A stretch of 64,000 nt of DNA, taken from assembly GCA_045643945.1 (NCBI GenBank), contig JAZRGA010000066.1:677-64676 (forward strand). Direction: 5' to 3'. The notes beneath the pieces are model-generated. The model saw only the letters and a program-made list of their open reading frames with translations. It was not told the DNA's origin and searched no databases. Source of the stretch: Eubacteriales bacterium. GTDB lineage: Bacteria; Bacillota; Clostridia; Oscillospirales; CAG-272. A program made the position numbers and the translations under genes. Of this stretch, positions 27,923-36,986 are shown in pieces; position 1 is the stretch's first letter; every line of letters begins with the position of its first letter.

Positions 27923-30900
27923 TTATCCAAGTGACAAGGACGGACGAGCTACTGCGAAATAGTATCCGTAGCCGAGAAGTCTTTCCATACGAACACTTGC
28001 CTCCAACGAATCATAATAGATACCGTTACCGATAATTGCGAACTGACCATCGCCCATGTAGATAAATATTACAGGGGACGAAAGTGTTCTACCGAGAATA
28101 ACGTCGCCTACTACGAAATTATCCTCAATCGGCAAGCGAGTTCTTCTACTATCTTGATGTGGCGTACTGAGCAAACGTCCTCCAAAGAGCGACGGAGCGA
28201 GCATATTGCGATACTTTCCGGATGCTCTTAAGGTATAAGGCTGTGCGCCCTCAGAAGTCAACTCAAGACCGCTTGAGGTGAATATGCCTTCACTTCCCTC
28301 GGTTACCGTCAAAAAGTCGGTGCTTGCAAAGATATTGTTAACGCCAAGCGCTCTCTTATAAATCTCATTTACAAGAGCCAAATCCTTTAAGGTTGTTCCC
28401 TCTGTGCGAATATCCTTTATTGCTTGAACTATTTTTGCCTGCTCAGCTGCCGTAAGCGTGCGACCTACATAAGTTGTATAGGTCTTAAACAATACTCCGC
28501 CGATAGTCGCCTTATCCGCCGTTATTGCCGCTCCGGATGTTGCCGTGGACTTAACCTTAACGGTATAAGAAACGTCGATGCTTTCGTTTGCGGGAACAGT
28601 TACGTTCCAAGAAAGATTGCTTCCGCTCACAGTCGCCGATCCCAAAACATATTCAACGTTAGTACCGATAACGTCTTTAATTGCGAGATTTACGTCATAA
28701 GAATTTGTATTATTAATACGGAATGTATAAACTATATCATCACCTTTATTTACAGTTACCGCATTAGGTACGCTTACAAGCTTTTCAGCTATTATACCCG
28801 AAAGATTGTTAACGCGGTTAAGACTGTTTTGAGGTATTGCGTAATTTGCCCATGTCGTATTGTTAAGAGGTCTTACAATAGTAAGGCTCGTTACTAAGTT
28901 AAATACGTATCCGCCTGTGTTTACAGGATTGAAGAAATAATCCTTTACTCTGTGGAAACGAATAGTCGGCTCTGCATTTTCATAGCCTACTCCTTCGGAG
29001 TTTGCATAGATGAAATTTGAACCGGTACTGTGGATTATCATTCCGTCGCCGATATAGAGTAATGCATGACCGCCCGATGTGCCGCGTCTGACTACGATTA
29101 TATCACCGGGTTGAAGCTTTGCCATAAACGCAGATTCAACGCTTGCCTTTTGAGCGTCGGTGTGAGTTTGCCCCTCTGTTCTTGTATAACTATACACATT
29201 CATATTGTTTTCGGCAGAATAATTGGTAAGATTGTAGGTTGTGTACATGCTTGAAGGAAGCTCCTTACCGTATACCGCCCAATACACGTCGTGAGTAAAT
29301 GCCGCGCAGTTAGTATATCCTAAGCTATCTCTTGTGTATTCCTCGGGAGTATTAAGTCCACATTCCCAACGGTATTCCTTACCCAAATTTGTCGGGTGAG
29401 CAAATGAGGTATCATCATACTGAAGCCATTCACCGCGGAGCAAATAATACTTAGCAGTTTCAACTATTACCCTTTGCTTTTCTGTAAGAGTATCGGGAGT
29501 TGCATCGGGATTTGACGGAGTAAATCCTTCCAATGAAAATGACGGACGGAATATAGCATAAGCCTCACTTTCGGTAAGCGTTGAGAGGAACTCATCGGTG
29601 TTAACCTCTCCGCGCTTTGTAGTAAGTGAACGAACACCTGTCGAGGAATAAATATATGTTCCCGTCAAGCCACCGTTAAGCTTTACTATAATATCGCCTA
29701 CTACAAGGTCATTCTTGCTAACGCTTGCAGCGGGTGCGCCCTTAACTCCCGAAATGCCTGCGGTTATATTCTTTCCACCGTAGAGTGTGGGAGCAATCAT
29801 ATTCTTTACTTCATTGGTCGCACTGCCGTCTATAAGAGAATTCATAATTTTAGGTCCGTTTATTCCCAAATTTGAGGAGATAACGGAGGTGTTTGTATAT
29901 GCCACGCCGTAAATCCACTTTGCAAGCTCAAGGTTGGAATAATTTGATGCATAAAGCGCATCGATAGCCATATCTATACACTTTGAGTCTACACTGTTAA
30001 GAGTTCTTCCAACGTAGAAGGCATTTGCGGTTGCCGTCTTCTTACCAACAGTTGCCGTGGTCGAGTTAATCTTAACTCCGCTCGTCAAGGATACGCTATC
30101 ATCAATCGTTACTGTATAGCTTACGCAAACGGTTTCACCCTTAGGAACAGATACAGACCAAAGAAGCGCATCGCCGTTGCGGAAGTCTGCACCCGTTACA
30201 TAGCGTGTGTTCTTCGGCACGGTATCCTCTGCGTAAACGTGAATACCCTTATTTGACAAGTTTTCAATGGTTATAAAATAAACAACGGTGTCGCCGCTGT
30301 TAACGGTCATCGCTTTAGGAACTGTGCAATACTTAGCAATTTTTACATTAGGCTCATAGGCATCTACGCCCGTGTCCTCGTCGCCTACCCACCAGTTTCC
30401 GTTCTCACCGATATACGGCGTTTCTCCAGGGTCGCCCTTATCGCCTTTGTCACCCTTTTCGCCTTGGATGCCCTGCTCACCTTGTTCACCCTTTTCACCT
30501 TGGATGCCCTGCTCACCTTGTTCACCCTTTTCACCTTGGATGCCCTGCTCACCTTGTTCACCCTTTTCGCCTTGGATGCCCTGCTCACCTTGTTCACCCT
30601 TTTCGCCTTGGATGCCTTGGTCGCGCTTGTCACCCTTTTCGCCTTGGATGCCCTGCTCGCCTTGTTCACCCTTTTCGCCTTGGATGCCTTGGTCGCCCTT
30701 ATCACCCTTTTCACCTTGGATGCCCTGCTCGCCTTGTTCACCCTTTTCGCCATTTGCCTTTACACCGGTATCAAGGTCACCTATCCACCAGTTTCCGTTA
30801 TCGCCTATATACGGTGTCTTGCCATCCTCACCCTTTTCGCCTTGCTCACCCTTTTCTCCTTGGATGACGCCTGAGTCTTGACAAGCCGACAACACCAAAA

Positions 30901-30973
30901 CGCTAACAAGCAAAAGAATTATCATTGTAATTACAAGCTTTATTCCTTTTCTACGTTTTGAAGCTCTCATCAT
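27923..30973 (-). CDS. Lipoprotein with collagen-like Gly-X-Y repeats, DUF11/CARDB-like repeats and an NlpC/P60-like papain-fold domain
   Basis: Lipobox [18 protein letters not shown] repeats bracketed by TPYIG(D/E)NGNWW(I/V)GD motifs. [17 protein letters not shown] and [17 protein letters not shown] repeat domains. Candidate catalytic Cys in GYTNCAAF and His in [18 protein letters not shown]. Confidence 0.85.
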   Translation of the reverse strand: MMRASKRRKGIKLVITMIILLLVSVLVLSACQDSGVIQGEKGEQGEKGEDGKTPYIGDNGNWWIGDLDTGVKANGEKGEQGEQGIQGEKGDKGDQGIQGEKGEQGEQGIQGEKGDKRDQGIQGEKGEQGEQGIQGEKGEQGEQGIQGEKGEQGEQGIQGEKGEQGEQGIQGEKGDKGDKGDPGETPYIGENGNWWVGDEDTGVDAYEPNVKIAKYCTVPKAMTVNSGDTVVYFITIENLSNKGIHVYAEDTVPKNTRYVTGADFRNGDALLWSVSVPKGETVCVSYTVTIDDSVSLTSGVKINSTTATVGKKTATANAFYVGRTLNSVDSKCIDMAIDALYASNYSNLELAKWIYGVAYTNTSVISSNLGINGPKIMNSLIDGSATNEVKNMIAPTLYGGKNITAGISGVKGAPAASVSKNDLVVGDIIVKLNGGLTGTYIYSSTGVRSLTTKRGEVNTDEFLSTLTESEAYAIFRPSFSLEGFTPSNPDATPDTLTEKQRVIVETAKYYLLRGEWLQYDDTSFAHPTNLGKEYRWECGLNTPEEYTRDSLGYTNCAAFTHDVYWAVYGKELPSSMYTTYNLTNYSAENNMNVYSYTRTEGQTHTDAQKASVESAFMAKLQPGDIIVVRRGTSGGHALLYIGDGMIIHSTGSNFIYANSEGVGYENAEPTIRFHRVKDYFFNPVNTGGYVFNLVTSLTIVRPLNNTTWANYAIPQNSLNRVNNLSGIIAEKLVSVPNAVTVNKGDDIVYTFRINNTNSYDVNLAIKDVIGTNVEYVLGSATVSGSNLSWNVTVPANESIDVSYTVKVKSTATSGAAITADKATIGGVLFKTYTTYVGRTLTAAEQAKIVQAIKDIRTEGTTLKDLALVNEIYKRALGVNNIFASTDFLTVTEGSEGIFTSSGLELTSEGAQPYTLRASGKYRNMLAPSLFGGRLLSTPHQDSRRTRLPIEDNFVVGDVILGRTLSSPVIFIYMGDGQFAIIGNGIYYDSLEASVRMERLLGYGYYFAVARPSLSLG
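30422..30859 (-). repeat. Tandem 36-nt (12-codon) collagen-like coding repeats
   Basis: Near-identical units of ...GGATGCCCTGCTCACCTTGTTCACCCTTTTCACCTT... are visible on the plus strand. They encode aa 39-51 and 75-184 of the 1016-aa protein. Confidence 0.9.
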
Positions 30974-31102
30974 TTTTCTCCTTTGAGTGGTTTTAGATTT
31001 TTAATCTATGTATATAATAGCATATTTTTTTTTAAAAAGCAACACTATTTTTTCAACTAATATTATTAATTTTCACAATTTTTGTGATATTCTACTAAAA
31101 AT

Positions 31103-31138
31103 GGGACTGCCGAAAGCATAAAAGCCTTAAGCAGTCCC
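31103..31138 (-). terminator. Terminator hairpin after the 1928-aa gene (copy 2 of the duplicated module)
   Basis: Same GGGACTGCCGAAAGCA.AAA.GCCTTAAGCAGTCCC hairpin as at 27868, starting 28 nt after the stop at 31166. Confidence 0.65.
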
Positions 31139-31165
31139 ATAAAATTTTTATTTTTTTATATAAGC

Positions 31166-34100
31166 TTAACCAAGCAAAAGCCTTAAAAGCTCCGCCAAGC
31201 TTTTCTTTTTGATAACGAACCAAGCGAGTGAAAATCCGCCTATACCCGCAATCGCCACAGAGCCTACCGCAATACCCGATATTGCTCCGCCCGAAAGCTT
31301 CTTTGCCTCAAGCTCAGCATCGCAAATATCGCACAAGCTATCGCCGTTTTCGTCTGTGTGGAAGCCTGCCGCTCTTGTAACCTCGTTGCATACGTTACAA
31401 ATATAATCACAATCGTTATCGTAAATATGCTCGGCTCTCTCGCCCTGCTCATATCCGCAATCAACACAAAGCGTTCCGTGCGTACAAGTAGCACCGTCAA
31501 GCCTATGAGCCTCTCGGGATATTTCAACAGAGCAGCAAGCATGCGCCTTTATATGAAATTCACCGTCCGCAATATAGGTAAATTCATTACTGCTATGCAC
31601 GGCACTGTCGATATCACCGTAAGCCGTTCCACAATGCTCACAAAGTGCGGGAGCTGCACAGGTTGCCGTTCCTCCGCTATGATACGCCTTACCGATATAA
31701 AGGTGACAGCAGGAACGGAAAACATCGTGCATTGATACGTTATCCTCTCTAACCAAATATTCAAGCTTATCGCTTGCGTGGCTTTGAGGGTCTATCTCTC
31801 CGTACTGAGTCTTACAAAGCTCGCATACCGCCTTATCCGTACAAGTAGCCTTACCGCCGCTATGCTCCTCTATCCAAGATGCGCCGCAGCAATTATAAGC
31901 TATTCTGTGCTTGGTTGCGTCATCCTTATCAACTACGCATACAGGAGCGCTTTCGTGATTAGACTCATCAAGCACACCGTAGGGCGCTTGACATTTTTCG
32001 CATTTTGCGAGATTTGCGCAGGTCGCAACTCCGCCAACGTGGGATTCAAGCTCGACCTTTCCGCAGCAAATATGCTTTTTACTATGCTCTTGAGCATTAT
32101 CCGCTATCTGCGAATACTCAAGTACGCTCGAAGAATGATTGTCGGGGTCAAGCTCTCCGTATCGCCAATCACAATGCAAGCAAAGGGCAATAGTTGTGCA
32201 GGTTGCGTTTTCCTTTGCAACGTGCGCCGAGGTTCGTATTACCTTTCCGCAGCAATTTGCAAGCTCCAAGTGAGTCATATGGTCCTCGGGGTTTACAACA
32301 ACGGTAGTTCCATTACTTGTATGCTTTGTATAATCATAATCTCCGTAAAGCATTCCGCAATTTTCGCAAACTGCAAGCGACGTGCAATTAGCAGAGCCTC
32401 CTATGTGCGCCGCCACTCTCGTCGTGTTGCAATATTCGCTATTACAATCGGTATCACAAGCCGAATCGTAAACGTGAAGAATATTATATTCACCGCTTGA
32501 ATCGTAATTATTGAGCGAATAGAGATAGCTTACGTCATTACCGCTCGCATCGTGTACCACTATCTTGCTTACGTTTATCCTGCCTCGCTCGGCATCAATT
32601 TCAAACTCGACGTCGAAAAGCGTATGTCCGAGCAACAAGACCTCGCCCGCTCTCATAACTATATTTTCCTTGTTGAACTGAATATCGGCGCTATCTAAAT
32701 TTATCGAGGTTTCCTTTACAAGCATAGTTATACGTCTTTGCGCTATGACCTCTGCGCTCTTTGTCTTACCGTTGCACTCAACCGAAACGGTGTATTTTCC
32801 CATCTCGTTGATGCTATCGACCGCCTCATCGCTATCATTGGTTATACTAACGGTAAAATCGTATCTTTCAAGTATGGCCCTCTCGGTAGCCGTTCCCGCA
32901 TACCAATTGCGAAGCGACCAGCTTATAACAGCCGAATATCTGCCGCTTCTTGTCAAAACCGCAGCATAATCGTTGCTTGCCAATGAGTAAAGCGAGCCCT
33001 TAACTACATCGTAGATTTTAACTCCGTTTTCATCGTATATCTCTACGGTATATTCATAAAATTCTCCGTATTCCTTTGCTACGCCCGGAGCTTTCCAAGA
33101 AAATACAACCTCAAATTCTCCGTCCTTACCCTCGTGAACGTATTTTCTGTCTATCGGAGTAGGAATTTCCATTGGAGAAAGGCTTATGTAAATTCCTTGG
33201 CTTTCGCAATTATAATTTCCGCTTATACCAAGCTCATCGTGACAGTAGCCGTAATAAACAAGATAATAATTTTCACGGTCAGGACACTCGGCAATAGGAT
33301 AATCAGCTCTTAACGACAGATCTATTATTATATTTGCGCTCTCAACACTATCACCGTCTGCAAGTCCGTCGACTCTCCACTCAATCTGAGATGCAGAATC
33401 GATGCAATAATACACCTTATCATTATTCACTATCGTTTCAACGTTTTCGGGAACAATAGGCAAAACCGTCAACTGTTTTTTCGCAATTTCAATTATCACA
33501 TCGCAGGATGCGCCAAGCATATTCTCGGTCGGCGCAGAAATTGCTCGAAGCAAATATATGCCTGCATTCTTAGGTTGACCGTCTATTTTCTTAAGGCTCG
33601 ACGCCTTTTCATCATAATAATCATACTCACCGACACTGTACCACTCAAAGCTAAGAGCGGTATCGAAATTAACCTTAAAATGCTCCTTTGTCGGTATTGG
33701 TATGCTATCGCCATAGGTAAACTCGGTAGGATAATTCTTGTTCTCTATTACTACCTTATTTGCGGGAAGAATAAACGCGCTTACGGTATTTCTCGAAAAT
33801 ACAACAGTTATAGCCTTTTTATATTCGCTATATCCGTATGTATCACGCGATATCTCCGCACTAAGACCAAGAGTATATTCTCCGACGCTTGCGCTACTTG
33901 AATTTGCATATTTAACTATCAACCACTCGTTCGAAAGCGCCTCGCTTGCATCGGTGGTGTAATCGGAATCAAATATAGCCGTTCCGTCATAAAATTTATA
34001 AACGTCCTTAGGTGTCACGGTTACGGTTATCGGATTTATAACCAATATTTCTTTATAAATATATTCCTGACCCTCAAAAGCGCCCTCACCTATAAGATGA

Positions 34101-36952
34101 ATATCATATTTTCCTACTCCAAGAACGGCGGTAGGTACTTCATAGGGCTGACCGTACCAATCATAGCTTAGCTCATAATATTTTTCGCCCGTTTCGGAGT
34201 TTATAAAGAAAGCGGTATATTCATCACTGTCAAGTCGGGTATTGAGGAGCAAATCATAAGGTGAAACCGTCTGACCGTCAAAGCTCTTTTCAAGCTTATC
34301 CACGCCAAAATACTCTTGAATATTATTCGAAATAATTATATAACTGTCGCTTAAGGTTACGTCGCCAAGCGTTATAGTAGCTGTAAAATCTATACGGGGT
34401 ACGTTTTGAATGCTCGAGCTGCTATATATCCTCTCGGTAACACTCGCCTCGGCAAGTCCCTCTTTTCCGCATATCTCGCAGATTGCGTGAACGTGGCAGG
34501 AATATTTATACCCTCCGCTTGGTTGCCAAATAAACTCAACAGGGTCCTTAGCAAAAGCATTATAGCTATGCGCCTCGATTTCTGCGCGCTCGCTTTCATC
34601 GTTAAAATATACAGTTCTGCCATCGCAGGTAATTGCCATAAATATCTCAGGACCGTTCATATAAGGATACGGGTCAACGCCTATCTCCTGTCCCGCTTTT
34701 TTTCCACTGCCTCGCCAATAGCTTGCGTAAGCATATCCTACCTCACCGCTCTCAAACTGAGCAAGAGTCATTTCTCCCTTTTCGGAATTTGTGATATCGG
34801 ATACGCAAAAGCTATTAGCTACGCTTGCCTCGCCGTTGCCCGAAAATACGAGAAATTCGTTTGAGGAGTTATACGCGCCATAGGTTATAGAGCCTCCCGA
34901 AATTGAGGACTCTGCACTCGCAATACCTATATGTGAGCCCGCAAAGCCGCTCTCATCTGTTGCCGTAGCAATCGAATCAAAAACACTTACGTTCTTTATA
35001 TCGACGTCGCCCGCCTTACCGACAAGCACGCCCGCTCCGAGTTTTGCACCAAAATTTGAATTACGCACCGTAAGATTTTCTATATAAACCCCGTCCGCAA
35101 CGCCAAAAATGCCCGCATAATCACCGTCTGTGATATAATTTATATTTTTTACGGTATGACCGTTGCCGTTAAAGGTAAGAGCATCAAACGGTTTTTCCTC
35201 TGTTCCTATGGGTATAAAATCAATATTTTCAAAATCAAGGTCTGCCTTAAGAGTTACGATATTCGTGTGACCCCAAAATTCTCCGTAAATATTTTTTTGC
35301 AAGCCACTGTTAACGTACTCTGCTAAGAACAAAAGCTGACCCTCGTTATGTATCTCGAAGTCGCTCATAGCGCCTCGACTTATCTGAACGGGTGGCTCAT
35401 AGTGAGTTTTATCGTAAATACATATTCCATTATCGTCAAAGCTATGATTTATGCGTGAAACACTTTTATTTCCGCACTCACATTCCGATATACAGGTATT
35501 ACCAAAGTGACAGTCACTTATATTCAGTCTTTCCTCGCAATCAAGGCAAAGAGTCCAGTGAACGTCCTTCTCACCGTCAAAATAAAGCTCTGCGGATATA
35601 TTTTCGTGATTGTCCCAATCGGGTCTTCCGTAGGACTCACCGCATTTTTCGCAGATTGCGGCTTTTGTGCAGGTTGCATTTTTAAGAGGTGTATGAATAC
35701 AGTCAAGAGCTATCTGCTCACCGACAAAGCTTAAAGAATATCTATCGCTTCCTCTTTGCTCCCAAAAAACGCAAACACTGTCGTCATCGGAATAGCTATC
35801 GGGTAAGTCAAAGCTTACACTGCCCGAGGATATCCTTACGGGAGCATCGCCACACTCATAATGCTTAACGTTTCCGTCGGAATCCTTTATCATAAGAGAA
35901 ATATAAATATCGGTTCTGTTGTTCGTAACTATGTCGGTAGGAGCATTCTGATATTTAATTTCGACAGTACCGTTATTTACGTCAAAAATATCCGCCGTAA
36001 AATCACTTTCTACATCCGACCTATATGCGAGTCTGTAGGCATTGTTACCTACCTCCTCCACGAATGCAATTTTGTCGGTTTCGATATTAAAAGCAAATCT
36101 ACCCGCTATATCCGTACTCACCGCACTCTTATAAACGACCTTACCGTTTTTATCAACAACTCCGACAAGATTTCCGTATTCATCATTAAAGCCGCTTCTA
36201 AGCCACCAATCGACGTTAGCCTTAGTGGTTATATGCGTTGCGCCCATACCGGGAGCGCCGTTATAATTTGCGACATAATCGTGAAGCTCCTTTGCGGAAA
36301 GCGGAAAAATCTTGCTTGAATTAAGCATTACAGCGCTTTCGCTCTGCACCGCCGCATAATCAACTACGGTATCTGTTTCCCACGCATATCCATAATCCTT
36401 GGAATATCCGAACATTCCCTCCATTTCAGATGCAACGTCGGTTTTCGTTATATCGCGCATCAGGCTAAGCTCTGTATGAGTGAAGATATTTTCCTGAGAG
36501 GAAAATTTAGCCATTACGCTCTCGGTATATATGTTTTCGATATCCCAATGCTCTATCCAAATGTCTTCCTCATTAGAAAACCTTTGATTTAAGGAAATCG
36601 CATTTTCGGTAAGCAAAAGCATTGCTCCGCCGTTGCCGTTATTATCCTTATTAGCATCAAGGACACGGCAAAGAATAGGCTCATATTCTCCGCTATCCGA
36701 ATTATATACGCTACCAAAGTAAACGTATGCGGTAGGCGCAAGATAATATCCGTCCGCGCTTTGAACCCTTACGGGATTTCCTATAACACTGCTTGCATCA
36801 AGATAGATGCTTGCGCCCTCTGAATTAACCGTTCTTTCCGTAGCAAAGCTCGGAGTCAAGATATTCAGAAAAAGCATTCCGACAAGCAATAACGTAAGAA
36901 CAGAAAGCACTATTCCCCTTTTTACTCCGTTTTTATTGATTTTATTTTTCAT
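31166..36952 (-). CDS. Giant cell-surface protein, 1928 aa, with DUF6273-like, GLUG-like, YDG-type Ig-like and Cys-rich repeat modules and a C-terminal TM anchor
   Basis: Signal peptide VLSVLTLLLVGMLFLNILTPSFA. WWLRSG motif. GLUG-like IPIGTEEKPFDALTFNGNGHTVKNI...YAGIFG. KFYDGTA modules. Six C-terminal Cys/His modules. TM helix ISGIAVGSVAIAGIGGFSLAWFVI followed by KKK. CGGAGG SD. Confidence 0.9.
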   Translation of the reverse strand: MKNKINKNGVKRGIVLSVLTLLLVGMLFLNILTPSFATERTVNSEGASIYLDASSVIGNPVRVQSADGYYLAPTAYVYFGSVYNSDSGEYEPILCRVLDANKDNNGNGGAMLLLTENAISLNQRFSNEEDIWIEHWDIENIYTESVMAKFSSQENIFTHTELSLMRDITKTDVASEMEGMFGYSKDYGYAWETDTVVDYAAVQSESAVMLNSSKIFPLSAKELHDYVANYNGAPGMGATHITTKANVDWWLRSGFNDEYGNLVGVVDKNGKVVYKSAVSTDIAGRFAFNIETDKIAFVEEVGNNAYRLAYRSDVESDFTADIFDVNNGTVEIKYQNAPTDIVTNNRTDIYISLMIKDSDGNVKHYECGDAPVRISSGSVSFDLPDSYSDDDSVCVFWEQRGSDRYSLSFVGEQIALDCIHTPLKNATCTKAAICEKCGESYGRPDWDNHENISAELYFDGEKDVHWTLCLDCEERLNISDCHFGNTCISECECGNKSVSRINHSFDDNGICIYDKTHYEPPVQISRGAMSDFEIHNEGQLLFLAEYVNSGLQKNIYGEFWGHTNIVTLKADLDFENIDFIPIGTEEKPFDALTFNGNGHTVKNINYITDGDYAGIFGVADGVYIENLTVRNSNFGAKLGAGVLVGKAGDVDIKNVSVFDSIATATDESGFAGSHIGIASAESSISGGSITYGAYNSSNEFLVFSGNGEASVANSFCVSDITNSEKGEMTLAQFESGEVGYAYASYWRGSGKKAGQEIGVDPYPYMNGPEIFMAITCDGRTVYFNDESERAEIEAHSYNAFAKDPVEFIWQPSGGYKYSCHVHAICEICGKEGLAEASVTERIYSSSSIQNVPRIDFTATITLGDVTLSDSYIIISNNIQEYFGVDKLEKSFDGQTVSPYDLLLNTRLDSDEYTAFFINSETGEKYYELSYDWYGQPYEVPTAVLGVGKYDIHLIGEGAFEGQEYIYKEILVINPITVTVTPKDVYKFYDGTAIFDSDYTTDASEALSNEWLIVKYANSSSASVGEYTLGLSAEISRDTYGYSEYKKAITVVFSRNTVSAFILPANKVVIENKNYPTEFTYGDSIPIPTKEHFKVNFDTALSFEWYSVGEYDYYDEKASSLKKIDGQPKNAGIYLLRAISAPTENMLGASCDVIIEIAKKQLTVLPIVPENVETIVNNDKVYYCIDSASQIEWRVDGLADGDSVESANIIIDLSLRADYPIAECPDRENYYLVYYGYCHDELGISGNYNCESQGIYISLSPMEIPTPIDRKYVHEGKDGEFEVVFSWKAPGVAKEYGEFYEYTVEIYDENGVKIYDVVKGSLYSLASNDYAAVLTRSGRYSAVISWSLRNWYAGTATERAILERYDFTVSITNDSDEAVDSINEMGKYTVSVECNGKTKSAEVIAQRRITMLVKETSINLDSADIQFNKENIVMRAGEVLLLGHTLFDVEFEIDAERGRINVSKIVVHDASGNDVSYLYSLNNYDSSGEYNILHVYDSACDTDCNSEYCNTTRVAAHIGGSANCTSLAVCENCGMLYGDYDYTKHTSNGTTVVVNPEDHMTHLELANCCGKVIRTSAHVAKENATCTTIALCLHCDWRYGELDPDNHSSSVLEYSQIADNAQEHSKKHICCGKVELESHVGGVATCANLAKCEKCQAPYGVLDESNHESAPVCVVDKDDATKHRIAYNCCGASWIEEHSGGKATCTDKAVCELCKTQYGEIDPQSHASDKLEYLVREDNVSMHDVFRSCCHLYIGKAYHSGGTATCAAPALCEHCGTAYGDIDSAVHSSNEFTYIADGEFHIKAHACCSVEISREAHRLDGATCTHGTLCVDCGYEQGERAEHIYDNDCDYICNVCNEVTRAAGFHTDENGDSLCDICDAELEAKKLSGGAISGIAVGSVAIAGIGGFSLAWFVIKKKSLAELLRLLLG

Positions 36953-36986
36953 ATTTGACCTCCGAGCTTAAAATTTAATGCCGTAT

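Noticed and set aside
30372-30881. Plus-strand ORFs (169 aa [12 protein letters not shown]..., 136 aa [11 protein letters not shown]...) and an out-of-frame minus ORF (122 aa [11 protein letters not shown]...)
   Set aside because: They are antisense or frame-shifted readings of the collagen-like 36-nt repeats. The Gly-X-Y frame is continuous with a 1016-aa ORF that has a signal peptide and an SD.
31070-31090. TCACAA-TTTT-TGTGA palindrome upstream of the collagen-repeat gene as a CRP/FNR-type site
   Set aside because: The half-sites are in the opposite arrangement and spacing to TGTGA-N6-TCACA. It is a single occurrence in AT-rich DNA, so I keep it only as a weak operator candidate.
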